From contig CALREA010000002.1 of NCBI GenBank assembly GCA_943355055.1, forward strand, positions 1,078 to 65,077: 64,000 nt of DNA. Direction: 5' to 3'. Numbering within the stretch: position 1 is the first letter of the stretch; every line of letters starts with the position of its first letter. Position numbers and translations under genes: made by a program. This document shows positions 34,617-44,613 of this stretch, piece after piece. Below the pieces are notes generated by a model. The model worked only from the letters and a program-made list of their open reading frames with translations, was not told where the DNA came from and did no database searches. The DNA is from Candidatus Peribacteria bacterium. GTDB lineage: Bacteria; Patescibacteriota; Gracilibacteria; UBA1369; UBA12463.

Positions 34617-36410
34617 ATGGACTTGGTAGCCGACATTAAACAGCGACTCAGTATTGAGGACCTCGTGGGTCAGTATGTGACCCTGAAGAAGTCGGGGCGC
34701 AACTACAAAGCGCTCTGTCCTTTTCATAGCGAGAAGACACCGAGTTTTTACATTAGCGTAGAGAAACAGATTGCCTACTGTTTTGGATGTCAAAAGGGTG
34801 GCGATGTGTTTCAATTTTTTCAAGAAGTTGAAAATGCGGATTTCCCCACCGCGCTGAAGGCGCTCGCCGAGAAGTCCGGCCTCGACTATACCCAGTATCA
34901 CGCGACGGAGCAGCGACATGGTCCGACGAAGGATGAGATTCGTAAGCTCGCGGATGTCCATGATATTGCCGTGACGTTTTTCGGAAATAACTTATGGGAC
35001 AGCGCCGAAGGCGCAAAGGTTTTGGACTACCTTCGCGGAAGAGGCATGACTGATGAGACGATCAAGACGTGGAATATTGGCTTCTCTCCTGATTTTCCGG
35101 ATGAGTTCTATCGCACCGCTCTTCAGGAAAAAGTTAGCAAGACTGAGCTAGTTGCGAGCGGGCTTGTCATTACCAAAGATACGGATGCTTCGAATGTATA
35201 CGATCGTTTCCGCATGCGACTTATGTTCCCCATACAGGATAGCCAGGGGCGGACGGTTGCGTTTGGTGGGCGGGCATTGAAGAAGGGGGTGGAGCCGAAG
35301 TATCTGAACTCACCCGAGACGGCCGCGTATAAAAAAAGCGAAATTCTTTATGGTTTGTTTCAGGCGAAAAATGCGATTCGGACGGCGCATTACGTCATTA
35401 TGGTTGAGGGGTATATGGATCTGATCGCCTGTCATCAGGCGGGGATTTGTGAGGCTGTTGCCACCTCTGGAACGGCACTTACTGGTGAGCATGCGAAAAT
35501 TCTCAAACGCCTTACGGATACATTTTATCTTTGTTTTGATAATGATAATGCCGGCTGGGAAGCGACAAAACGTGCTTATCTCGTTTTACAAGCGGTGGAG
35601 GCGAGCGTGCGCGTCGTGACGATTCCGGACGGCAAAGATCCAGCCGATACGTTGAAAGTTTCCAAGGAGCCGTTCGTTGAGGCGATTGCCGGAGCTCGAC
35701 CGTTCTTCGATGTGTATTTAGATCGTGAAATTTCTGCGGTTACGCTTACTCCTGAGCGAACGCTTTTGATTCTCACCGAATCTCTTTCGTATATTCGGGC
35801 TGTCCAGAATAAAATTCTCCAGGATATTTCCATTCGAGCATTGGCTGGCCGTCTTGGCGTGAAGGAGGTGGTGATTTATGATGAACTCAAACGAATATCT
35901 CAACAACAGAAATTCAAACCCCTCGACAAGCGCGCGATTGAACATCAACGTGAATCCATCTCGAACAATACCAATAATCAACTTCGCCGGCTTCGGCCAG
36001 AAGAGCTTATTCTTGTTTGCGCACTGCAGGCTCCCACGAAAATTCCTGATTTTTTTAGCTCGCTCCACGAATCGGATTTTCCTGAGGATCTCCAGAAGAT
36101 TTTTGTTGCGATGCGTGAGACCATTATGAGAACGCAGGATTTGACGATGGAACACCTCGCGGAGGAACTGGATCCGCAGCTTCTCGCGAAAATTTCGTTC
36201 TATTCTGTCTACGGAGAGGCGATGTACAGTGATGTATCACTTGAAATATTTGAAAAAGATGTTCAAACCGCTCTTGACAAGCTGCTTCAAAATCGTAAAA
36301 ATGTCCAGCTAGAAGCCCTGAAGAGAATTATTAAAAGTTACCAGCAAGAAGGCAAAAAATCGGAGTTGATTGAGGCACTCGCGCAGCTCCGAGAAAAACT
36401 GAAAAGTTAA
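34617..36410 (+). CDS. dnaG: DNA primase
   Basis: CPFH.EKTPSF..CFGC zinc finger, FGGR, KYLNSPET, VEGYMD and FD.D.AG TOPRIM motifs. Confidence 0.98.
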   Translation: MDLVADIKQRLSIEDLVGQYVTLKKSGRNYKALCPFHSEKTPSFYISVEKQIAYCFGCQKGGDVFQFFQEVENADFPTALKALAEKSGLDYTQYHATEQRHGPTKDEIRKLADVHDIAVTFFGNNLWDSAEGAKVLDYLRGRGMTDETIKTWNIGFSPDFPDEFYRTALQEKVSKTELVASGLVITKDTDASNVYDRFRMRLMFPIQDSQGRTVAFGGRALKKGVEPKYLNSPETAAYKKSEILYGLFQAKNAIRTAHYVIMVEGYMDLIACHQAGICEAVATSGTALTGEHAKILKRLTDTFYLCFDNDNAGWEATKRAYLVLQAVEASVRVVTIPDGKDPADTLKVSKEPFVEAIAGARPFFDVYLDREISAVTLTPERTLLILTESLSYIRAVQNKILQDISIRALAGRLGVKEVVIYDELKRISQQQKFKPLDKRAIEHQRESISNNTNNQLRRLRPEELILVCALQAPTKIPDFFSSLHESDFPEDLQKIFVAMRETIMRTQDLTMEHLAEELDPQLLAKISFYSVYGEAMYSDVSLEIFEKDVQTALDKLLQNRKNVQLEALKRIIKSYQQEGKKSELIEALAQLREKLKS

Positions 36411-36440
36411 CGTTGGTTTTTTATTTTTTTATCTCAAAGA

Positions 36441-37595
36441 ATGGCATCTCGAACCAGAAAATTCATTGTTCAGCCTACTGATGATCGCCTTGCTCAATTC
36501 TCAAAAGAAGTACAGGAATTAGTGCAAAAGGGTCGACAACAGGGTTTTATTACTCAGCCGGAGCTTCTCAAGGCTATGCCGAAGATTGAAGATGATCTCG
36601 TCCTTTTGGATGAAATCTATGCTTTGTTCCTTGATCTTGGCATTGACGTAATGGATCCAAAGGAGTCTGACTCACTTATTTGGAAAAATAACGAAGAAGC
36701 GAAAGTAGTCGATGCCGCTATCAAAAGTGTTGAGCCGAAAAAGGCAAAGGTTCAGCAGCAGACCGACATGAAGGAAATCGCGAACGACTCGATTCGTCTC
36801 TATCTTTGCGAAATCGGTAAGGTTGCCCTTCTCACCGGTAAGGAAGAGATTGATCTCGCACGACGCATTCGCAAGGGTGATCAGACCGCTAAATCTCGTC
36901 TTGCAGAAGCTAACCTTCGTCTTGTCGTCAGTATCGCGAAAAAATATATCGGTCGCGGACTCTCCTTCCTCGATTTGATTCAAGAGGGGAATATCGGGTT
37001 GTTTCGAGCGGTTGAGAAGTTTGATCCGGATCGCGGATTTAAATTCTCCACCTATGCGACGTGGTGGATTCGTCAGGCTATTACTCGTGCTATTGCCGAC
37101 CAGGCTCGTACGATTCGTATTCCGGTGCATATGGTTGAGACGATTAACAAGCTTACACATGCACAGCGACGTCTCGTTCAGGAACTTGGTCGTGAACCAC
37201 TCGTAGAGGAAATTGCTGCTGAAATGGATATGGATGTCAAAAAAGTTCGTCATATTTTAAAAATTTCCCAAGATATCGTCTCGCTCGAGGCTCCTGTTGG
37301 AACCGAGGAGGACAGCAAGCTTGGTGACTTTATCGAAGATGATGAAGCGCTTAGCCCTGCCGAGGCGACCAATAGACAACTTCTTAAAGAGAATATTCGA
37401 GAAATGCTCCAGTATCTCACTCCCCGTGAACGTAAAATTATCGAAATGCGTTTCGGCCTCATCGATGGCGTAGGTCATACGCTCGAGGAGGTAGGCAAGG
37501 AATTCAATGTCACCCGTGAGCGTATTCGTCAGATTGAGGCAAAGGTTCTTCAGAAGCTCAAGGAGCACCCGACCAGCATCCGTATCCGTCCGTAG
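36441..37595 (+). CDS. rpoD: Primary RNA polymerase sigma factor
   Basis: [39 protein letters not shown] and [10 protein letters not shown] motifs. Confidence 0.98.
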   Translation: MASRTRKFIVQPTDDRLAQFSKEVQELVQKGRQQGFITQPELLKAMPKIEDDLVLLDEIYALFLDLGIDVMDPKESDSLIWKNNEEAKVVDAAIKSVEPKKAKVQQQTDMKEIANDSIRLYLCEIGKVALLTGKEEIDLARRIRKGDQTAKSRLAEANLRLVVSIAKKYIGRGLSFLDLIQEGNIGLFRAVEKFDPDRGFKFSTYATWWIRQAITRAIADQARTIRIPVHMVETINKLTHAQRRLVQELGREPLVEEIAAEMDMDVKKVRHILKISQDIVSLEAPVGTEEDSKLGDFIEDDEALSPAEATNRQLLKENIREMLQYLTPRERKIIEMRFGLIDGVGHTLEEVGKEFNVTRERIRQIEAKVLQKLKEHPTSIRIRP

Positions 37596-37637
37596 GTATT
37601 TTATTCATCTATTACTTATTTTTTATTTTTCACTGTT

Positions 37638-38171
37638 ATGGCAAAAATTATTAAGAAATCTACTAAAAAAAGTTCAGCTATAAGCGATGCTGTTGATCAG
37701 GCCGAGCATAAGGTCTTTATTTTAACCAAAGAAGGCTACGATAAGTTGGTTACCGAGCTTGATTATCTTAAGAATGTGAAGCGTCGCGAGGTAGCCGAGC
37801 GAATTCGCGAGGCGATCTCCTACGGTGATTTGTCCGAGAATTCCGAATATGAGGACTCCAAGAATGAGCAGGCCTTTGTAGAAGGACGCATTATGGAACT
37901 CGAAGAGAAGGTGAAATTCGTGAAGATTATCGAAGACCACAAGAAAACGGCTTCAGTTCAATTGGGGAGCACCGTCAAGATCAAGAATACCAAGACGAAG
38001 GTTGATACGGAATTCATCGTTGTCGGTTCTACCGAGGCAGATCCACTCAATGGTAAAATATCCAATGTTTCTCCGGTTGGTTCATCACTTCTTGATCGAC
38101 ATGTCGGCGAGGTTGTGTCCGTTCATGCCCCTTCGGGAATTATAGAATATGAAATTATGAAGGTACAGTAA
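37638..38171 (+). CDS. greA: Transcription elongation factor GreA
   Basis: GDLSENSEY and EADP..GKIS..SPVG motifs. Confidence 0.97.
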   Translation: MAKIIKKSTKKSSAISDAVDQAEHKVFILTKEGYDKLVTELDYLKNVKRREVAERIREAISYGDLSENSEYEDSKNEQAFVEGRIMELEEKVKFVKIIEDHKKTASVQLGSTVKIKNTKTKVDTEFIVVGSTEADPLNGKISNVSPVGSSLLDRHVGEVVSVHAPSGIIEYEIMKVQ

Positions 38172-38186
38172 CGGGTAATCCCTATT

Positions 38187-39227
38187 ATGCGATTTCCACT
38201 TCGTACTTTTCTAGCCTCTCTTTACCGCATCGTTACCGTGCTGGCTTTTGTATTTTCGGCCACGGTCATTGTTTTTATGGCTTTTGGGTATACCTACAAT
38301 CCTCTTGACCAAAAGATAGAGCAAACGGGCATCATTATCGTAAACGGGAGTAATCGTGATTTGAACATTCTTTTGGATGGTCAGGAAATTGCCAAGGCTC
38401 TTCCTGCGCGTATTTTGGGGGTTACGGAGGGGTTTCACTCGCTTGAGGTTCGTAAACCCGGTTTTTTGCCGTTTCAGCTCGAGGTGAATGTTATCAATGG
38501 GTCAGTACGACGCGTTCCCTTTATTCTTCTTGTCCCGGAGAATCCATCCAGTCTCTTCACGCGTTTTGCTGATCTTGGCACGGTCTTTCAGTCATCCCTC
38601 AAGGATATTTCTCTTGTTGGGGCTTCGAAAAACAGTTTGATTTTCAAACAGGGTGATATGTATTGGCATGTAGATCCGATTTCAAAAAAGAAAATCCGTA
38701 TCAATGTTCCTAAGAATTTGACCGATATTGTAGCCGATCCTGACGCGAAGCGTCTTTATGGATTTTCAGGCAGTCTTTTGCGAACATTCTCGCTCCAGAA
38801 CGAGAAGATCAAGCTGGATCATGAGGAGGAGTTTCCTTATACCCGTGATGGTCTTTCGTTTCTGCAGTTCACTCCTAGCTATCAACAGTTTCTCTTTATG
38901 CTCAATAGCGAGATAGTGAGTATTACTCGCGGTACTAACGACAAAGTGAATTTTGTTACCCGTTTCGCGCAATCAATTCAGAAGCTTGTATGGTTCTACG
39001 ATGTTAACCACTTTGTGGTGGGCGTCGCCAATCACATTCAATTTTGCGATGAGTCGTTTATTAATTGTTATATCCTTCATGATTTGCAAAAGGACGATAG
39101 TTTCGCCTTGGATTCTGAGGGTATATATCTCTATCAATCAAAAGAAAAAATGGTTTCTTACTTCAAGCTGTTTAGCGGCGAGAGTACTTTTCTGTCGTAT
39201 ATTTTTTCTGAGCAGGTATCCCTGTGA
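38187..39227 (+). CDS. PEGA-domain membrane-anchored protein
   Basis: TM helix, A.GY, TG.I, I.LDG, G.H.L.V.KPGF PEGA-like segment, then a beta-rich region. Confidence 0.65.
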   Translation: MRFPLRTFLASLYRIVTVLAFVFSATVIVFMAFGYTYNPLDQKIEQTGIIIVNGSNRDLNILLDGQEIAKALPARILGVTEGFHSLEVRKPGFLPFQLEVNVINGSVRRVPFILLVPENPSSLFTRFADLGTVFQSSLKDISLVGASKNSLIFKQGDMYWHVDPISKKKIRINVPKNLTDIVADPDAKRLYGFSGSLLRTFSLQNEKIKLDHEEEFPYTRDGLSFLQFTPSYQQFLFMLNSEIVSITRGTNDKVNFVTRFAQSIQKLVWFYDVNHFVVGVANHIQFCDESFINCYILHDLQKDDSFALDSEGIYLYQSKEKMVSYFKLFSGESTFLSYIFSEQVSL

Positions 39228-39591
39228 CGTGATGAACTACGTGTTTGGAATATACTTTTTTGTACCGGTATAGCGCCTTTAGGAATGTATACGCCATGAT
39301 AATCGCTGTTCCGTAAAGGATGAATCTGGCTCCCAGTAGCGGAAATCGTTCGTATCGTCCAAAAAGATTACCTAGTATAAATGCCGCAAACCAATAGCAG
39401 GCAAAAGGCAAATTTCCAAATAATTTTTTTAGAGGTTTGTCATCTCGTCCTTTCTTTTTCAGATAATATCTGATGCCAATCCCGAGTAACACCAAAAGAG
39501 CAGCTATAATCAGGAGTGGTATATAGAACTTAAACGGACTTCCTGGAATCGGATGAAAGAAATATCTAATGAGATTTAGAACGATGTTCAT
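39172..39591 (-). CDS. Hypothetical three-TM membrane protein
   Basis: Three hydrophobic helices with a R.E..P.L..R loop; overlaps the lgt stop. Confidence 0.7.
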   Translation of the reverse strand: MNIVLNLIRYFFHPIPGSPFKFYIPLLIIAALLVLLGIGIRYYLKKKGRDDKPLKKLFGNLPFACYWFAAFILGNLFGRYERFPLLGARFILYGTAIIMAYTFLKALYRYKKVYSKHVVHHVTGIPAQKKYTTEKYSRR

Positions 39592-40378
39592 GATAGTATT
39601 TGGTAAAAAAATCGAGCTTATTATATCGAATACCGAGTGAAATGCCAGCAATTGTCACGATTATACCTACGACGAGGTAGGTAACGTTGAAGTTGAGAAT
39701 CGTCATTGACTCATCCCCTCGAAATAACTCTTCGATGAACCTCATGGTTCCGTAGCTTATGATTGCTACGAGCGTTATATCTCCAGGATGGCGAAATATC
39801 TTTTTCTTCAAAAGAATGGTTAGGCTGACTCCTATGATGATCGCGTAGACGAGTGCATATATTTGCGTTGGATGAATCGGTACCGTGTAGGGGACCGTTG
39901 CTGTTTCGAAGATAATTCCCCATGGCAGGTCTGTTTCTCGTCCAAAATTCAGTCCTTCCAGCAGGGCGCCAATGTGGCCGAATGGAATGCCTGCGAGAAT
40001 CGATAATGACAAAATGTCTAGCCAGCGCCACGTATTTTCTTCGGCCTTTTTTGCTGCTATATAGAGATATATTGTCATTCCGGCTACCACTCCCCAAAAT
40101 TCAAAGCCTCTGTCCCAAATTCCGATCATTCGAATAGGAGCATATCGAATCGGGTCGGCAAAAATTTCCTGTATGTTGAGAAGAATGTACATCGCTCGGC
40201 CGGTGATGGCGCCCCATATGAGTGTCGGAAAAAAGTTTTTTACCAAAAATGCCATTTTCAGGCTTTCCTGCTGCGTGAGCTGAATGAGTATAATGCCGCT
40301 CGTGAGAAATCCAAGACTTACCAGCACCCAAATTGAGGATACGAATATAGGGCCGAGTTCAAAGAGAACAGGATACAT
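39566..40378 (-). CDS. lgt: Prolipoprotein diacylglyceryl transferase
   Basis: MYPVLF..G, G..T.LPWG, HPTQIY and RF..E..RGD motifs. Confidence 0.9.
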   Translation of the reverse strand: MYPVLFELGPIFVSSIWVLVSLGFLTSGIILIQLTQQESLKMAFLVKNFFPTLIWGAITGRAMYILLNIQEIFADPIRYAPIRMIGIWDRGFEFWGVVAGMTIYLYIAAKKAEENTWRWLDILSLSILAGIPFGHIGALLEGLNFGRETDLPWGIIFETATVPYTVPIHPTQIYALVYAIIIGVSLTILLKKKIFRHPGDITLVAIISYGTMRFIEELFRGDESMTILNFNVTYLVVGIIVTIAGISLGIRYNKLDFFTKYYHEHRSKSH

Positions 40379-40383
40379 CGGAC

Positions 40384-41766
40384 TTACAGGTTAAAAACAA
40401 TAAGTACCATTGCGAGTGTGCAGGTTGGTATGAGTACGAGATTAGCTAGTGCCCGCCTCAGAACAATAATGGATCTCAATTGAAAAAAAGCATGAACGAT
40501 CAGTAAAATAAGCATCGTGATGAGGAAATTTTTCGTACCTGATACGCCGAGAGCCTCTATGCTGATTTTTATCGGAAGTTGCCTGGTTGATGTATAGAGG
40601 TAGTAGACATGAATACTAAAATATATTATGAATAACCAGCCTGTTATAGAGGTGAGTTCGCCGTATAATCTCGCTTTCAGGGTGTCCTGTTCCGCCAACT
40701 GAACTTCCTTGGCTAATTGGTGTTCGGTATTTGAGAGCTCCAGTTTCAGCTCGGCTTTTTGCTCTTTAAGTGCACGTAAACTTTCCTTGATTTCATTTCT
40801 TCCTTCTATCGTATTTTCTTTAATGTACATTTTATAATAATCCCAAATTTGCTTGTTAACACCTCTTATTTTATCTTTGATGTTTGTAATTTCCTGGGGT
40901 TCGGTAATAACACCCGCTACGAAGGACAAAATTTTCCCCACTGTTTTTTCCCACGCGGCCGGTGATTCGTTGGAGTCTATGTGTTTGTCCAACCATTCAT
41001 GTATGGTATTTAATGTATCCTGACGAAGAGACACACTCATTTTTTCGCTCTGAATCTGATTGAGCAGTTTCTTCATATCTAGTCGCAACGTCTGAATCGA
41101 CTTGTCTAATGTCAAAAAAATATCTTCGTTTTGTATGTATGACAATACATCTTCGGCGAGATGTTTCACGTATTCCAGATTTTTACTGGTTTTTAACCTT
41201 GCCAATCTGTCAGTTTTTTTCCCGATAATGGTTTTTTCTTCGGGTTTTATGTTGTCCTTGAACTCCTCAAGCATTGTCTTTATTTTTTCTAGAATGATAT
41301 CGATCTGTTTTGTAATGAACGCCGTCATTTCTGCTTCATTTATCATTCCCTGATCGACTCCTTTTGCTGTTTCAGTTTTGTGTTGTTCGGTTTTCATTTG
41401 GGCATACAGATCTACGACGCCTCGTTTTTTCTCTTCATCTTTGGCGTCCGGAGAAAGTGTTGATAGGTATAGATATTCAACAGCAAAATGATACTCGGAA
41501 ATGAGTCTTTTGAAGGCTGCATATTTGTCTTCCGCTCCGATACTTCCTGCGACCTTTCTTCCGTTTTGATCGACGGCATGAAACTCGAATTTTTGAGATT
41601 CACCAATCAGTTCTTTCGCTTTCTCTTCAGGTATTTCCACAATGTCCAGTACGGGAAAGCCCAACTTGCTCAGATTTTCTTGCGCAAGTTTTTCGCTATC
41701 CGCCGAAACAGTGCCGGTGAGTTTTTGACCCTCCTGATTAATGACGGTATAGCTATATTTTGGCAT
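40384..41766 (-). CDS. Hypothetical membrane protein with two PilC/GspF-like N-terminal modules
   Basis: Y.Y....GQK..G.V.ADS...A...L...G and FEF.AVD..GRKV.G.I.AE...A...L repeated; coiled region; three C-terminal TMs. Confidence 0.65.
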   Translation of the reverse strand: MPKYSYTVINQEGQKLTGTVSADSEKLAQENLSKLGFPVLDIVEIPEEKAKELIGESQKFEFHAVDQNGRKVAGSIGAEDKYAAFKRLISEYHFAVEYLYLSTLSPDAKDEEKKRGVVDLYAQMKTEQHKTETAKGVDQGMINEAEMTAFITKQIDIILEKIKTMLEEFKDNIKPEEKTIIGKKTDRLARLKTSKNLEYVKHLAEDVLSYIQNEDIFLTLDKSIQTLRLDMKKLLNQIQSEKMSVSLRQDTLNTIHEWLDKHIDSNESPAAWEKTVGKILSFVAGVITEPQEITNIKDKIRGVNKQIWDYYKMYIKENTIEGRNEIKESLRALKEQKAELKLELSNTEHQLAKEVQLAEQDTLKARLYGELTSITGWLFIIYFSIHVYYLYTSTRQLPIKISIEALGVSGTKNFLITMLILLIVHAFFQLRSIIVLRRALANLVLIPTCTLAMVLIVFNL

Positions 41767-43378
41767 GTTTAATAGCGGCGCTTATGAAGGCTGCGAAGAG
41801 GGGATGTGGTTTATTTGGTCGCGAGAGGAACTCAGGATGGAATTGCGACCCGATCATAAACGGATGGTTTTTTAATTCCGCAATTTCTACCAGGTTTTGC
41901 TTGATGTTCATTCCCGGAAAGGTCATCCCTGCGTTTTCCAATTTTTCCTTGAAATCATTATTAAATTCATAACGGTGACGATGTCGTTCCTCTATGGTTG
42001 TTTTTTTGTAGGCATCGTAGGTTTTGGTTCCTTTTGTCAGTTGACATTCATAGGCGCCGAGTCGAAGCGTTCCTCCCTTTTCTCTTTCTTTTGACTGACC
42101 GGGAAGGAAGTGGATGATGTGATTTTCTTTTCCAATCTTTCCATCCTCATCGAATTCTTCTGAAGTAATTTTTGGATTTTTCAGACAGTGTCGAGCAAAT
42201 TCAATAGTCATGAGTTGCATTCCTAGGCACAAACCGAGATAGGGGACATTGTTCGTTCTGGCGTAGCTCGCGCTCATGATTTTTCCCTCCGTTCCTCGAG
42301 TTCCGAATCCTCCGGGTACAACGATACCATCGACCGATTTCAGGATTTCTTGCGTGTGTTTATCGTTTTTTTCTAAATTTGTCGCATCGATCCAATGCGT
42401 CACGAGCTGTCTTTCTTGATGGTAGCAAGCGATTTTGAGCGATTCGATGACGCTGAGGTAGGCATCTTCCAGCCCGGTATATTTCCCAACTAGTGCAATA
42501 TTGAGTGGCTTTCTTTCCTTTTTAATCTTTTCAACTAATTTTTCCCATTCTTTGAGTTTAGGTTTAGTATTCGGAAGATTGAGTTTTTTCTGAATCAAGG
42601 CTGAGACGTTCTGTTCTTTGAATCGTAAAGGCACTTCGTAAATGGAAGAGAGTGTTGGTGCGGATATGACGGCCTCAAGTGGTACATCGCAGAAGAGTGA
42701 AATTTTCTGAAGGAGATCTTTGGTTATTGGAAGGTCGGCCCGCGCGATGATAATATCTGGCTGAATGCCGATGGCTCGTAGTTCTCGCACAGACGCTTGC
42801 GTCGGTTTCGTTTTTAGTTCTTTTGTGGCTTGTAAATGCGGTAATAGTGTTAGATGAACAAATAATGTGTTCTCACTTCCTAGCTTATGACGCATTTGCC
42901 TGATTGCTTCGAGGAATGGTAATCCTTCGATATCTCCGACGGTTCCTCCGATTTCGATAATCATAATTTCGGTACCGGAGTCTTTTGCAGCTATTTTGAT
43001 TCGTTCCTGAATGGCGTTGGTGATATGAGGAACGATCTGGATGGTTCCACCGAGGAACTCGCCCTTACGCTCTCTGCCAATGATATCAGCATAGATTTTT
43101 CCTGTTGTGACCGATGAGTATTTCGAGAGATTCTCGTCGATGAAGCGCTCGTAGTGACCTAGGTCTAGATCTGTCTCTGCGCCATCGTTCGTGACGAATA
43201 CCTCACCATGCTGAAATGGACTCATGGTTCCGGGATCGACGTTGAGGTACGGATCAAGTTTCTGCATGAATACCTTGAATCCTGAAGCCTTCAGTAGGGT
43301 ACCGATAGAAGAGGCGGCAATACCCTTCCCGAGGGAAGAACATACGCCACCTGTGACAAATATGTATTTCGTCTGCAT
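41753..43378 (-). CDS. pyrG: CTP synthase
   Basis: GGV.SSLGKG, DPYLNVDPGTMSPFQHGEV, GLCLGMQ, RHRHRYE and QFHPE motifs. Confidence 0.98.
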   Translation of the reverse strand: MQTKYIFVTGGVCSSLGKGIAASSIGTLLKASGFKVFMQKLDPYLNVDPGTMSPFQHGEVFVTNDGAETDLDLGHYERFIDENLSKYSSVTTGKIYADIIGRERKGEFLGGTIQIVPHITNAIQERIKIAAKDSGTEIMIIEIGGTVGDIEGLPFLEAIRQMRHKLGSENTLFVHLTLLPHLQATKELKTKPTQASVRELRAIGIQPDIIIARADLPITKDLLQKISLFCDVPLEAVISAPTLSSIYEVPLRFKEQNVSALIQKKLNLPNTKPKLKEWEKLVEKIKKERKPLNIALVGKYTGLEDAYLSVIESLKIACYHQERQLVTHWIDATNLEKNDKHTQEILKSVDGIVVPGGFGTRGTEGKIMSASYARTNNVPYLGLCLGMQLMTIEFARHCLKNPKITSEEFDEDGKIGKENHIIHFLPGQSKEREKGGTLRLGAYECQLTKGTKTYDAYKKTTIEERHRHRYEFNNDFKEKLENAGMTFPGMNIKQNLVEIAELKNHPFMIGSQFHPEFLSRPNKPHPLFAAFISAAIKHAKI

Positions 43379-43401
43379 AAATTAATTAAAGAAAAGAAGC
43401 A

Positions 43402-44382
43402 CTATCCTCGTGTGCCGATCTTTTTTCGGACCTCGTCGAGGGTCTCACTTGCGACCTTTTTTGCTCGACTTGCTCCTTCTTGGAGCACACTGTTAACATA
43501 GCTTAGATTGCCCTCAAGTTCAATTCTTTTTTTCCTTGCTGGAGCGAATATTTCGAGGATCTTGGCGAGGAGTATTTTCTTGGCTTCCCCATAGCCAAAA
43601 CAACCTTTTTTGTATTTGCTTTCGAGGTCTGCAATTTCGTCTTTATTTGCGAGGAGTTTGTAGAGCGTAAAGACGTGGCATTTTGATGGATCTTTTGGAT
43701 CCTCTACGGGCGTGGAGTCCGTAACAATTCCCATAACCTGTTTTTTGAGTATCGCTTCAGGCGCGAAAATATCAATCGTATTTCCGTAGCTCTTGCTCAT
43801 TTTCTGACCATCTGTTCCGGGAACCACGGCGACATCTTCTTTGATGAAGTCTTCCGGAAGAGTGAGCGTATTACCGAAATGTGAGTTGAAGGAGGTTGCA
43901 ATATCTCGAGTAATTTCTACGTGCTGTTTTTGATCTTTTCCTACGGGCACTAGATTTGGCTTGTATATCAAAATATCTGCTGCCATGAGCGCTGGATAGG
44001 TGAATAATCCCACTGTTTTTTCTTTCTTGTTTTTCTCTACGGCATCCTTCCACGCATGTGCACGCTCGAGAAGTCCAAACGGCGTTACACAGCTCAGGAT
44101 CCATGCTAACTCGCAGTGTTCCGCGATGTCGCTTTGTTTGAAGAATATGGCTTTCTTCGGATCGAGTCCGAGTGAGAGATAGGTGAGAGCTACGTCGAGC
44201 GTTAAGCCTTTTAGTTTTTTTGCATCACGAACCGTCGTAAGCGCATGGAGATCTGCGATAAAAATGAAACACTCGAAATCAGGGTTGTCCTGCATTTCAA
44301 TATGCTGCTTGATGGCCCCGAGATAGTTTCCTAGATGAATGGCTCCTGTTGGCTGTACCCCTGAAAGAACGCGTTTTTTCAT
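43402..44382 (-). CDS. trpS: Tryptophan-tRNA ligase
   Basis: SGVQPTG.IHLGNY, YP.LMAADIL, VPVGKDQ.QH and KMSKS motifs. Confidence 0.98.
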   Translation of the reverse strand: MKKRVLSGVQPTGAIHLGNYLGAIKQHIEMQDNPDFECFIFIADLHALTTVRDAKKLKGLTLDVALTYLSLGLDPKKAIFFKQSDIAEHCELAWILSCVTPFGLLERAHAWKDAVEKNKKEKTVGLFTYPALMAADILIYKPNLVPVGKDQKQHVEITRDIATSFNSHFGNTLTLPEDFIKEDVAVVPGTDGQKMSKSYGNTIDIFAPEAILKKQVMGIVTDSTPVEDPKDPSKCHVFTLYKLLANKDEIADLESKYKKGCFGYGEAKKILLAKILEIFAPARKKRIELEGNLSYVNSVLQEGASRAKKVASETLDEVRKKIGTRG

Positions 44383-44613
44383 GTTGTGAGTGTAATGGAT
44401 TTTGGCCGCATTGTCGAGAGGGGATATTCGGTGCTTTTTATTTTCCCTGAAATTTATGGTTTGTTTCGTTTATGTATCGGTGTTTTGCGAAATGGTGAGT
44501 AAATCATCACCTATAAAATGTTGCTGCATTTTGTCGTTAGAAAGTTTCTATGATGTATAGAATTTATGGCTTATTTAAGCTACTATTTTCTATATTACAT
44601 AATCAATAATTCT

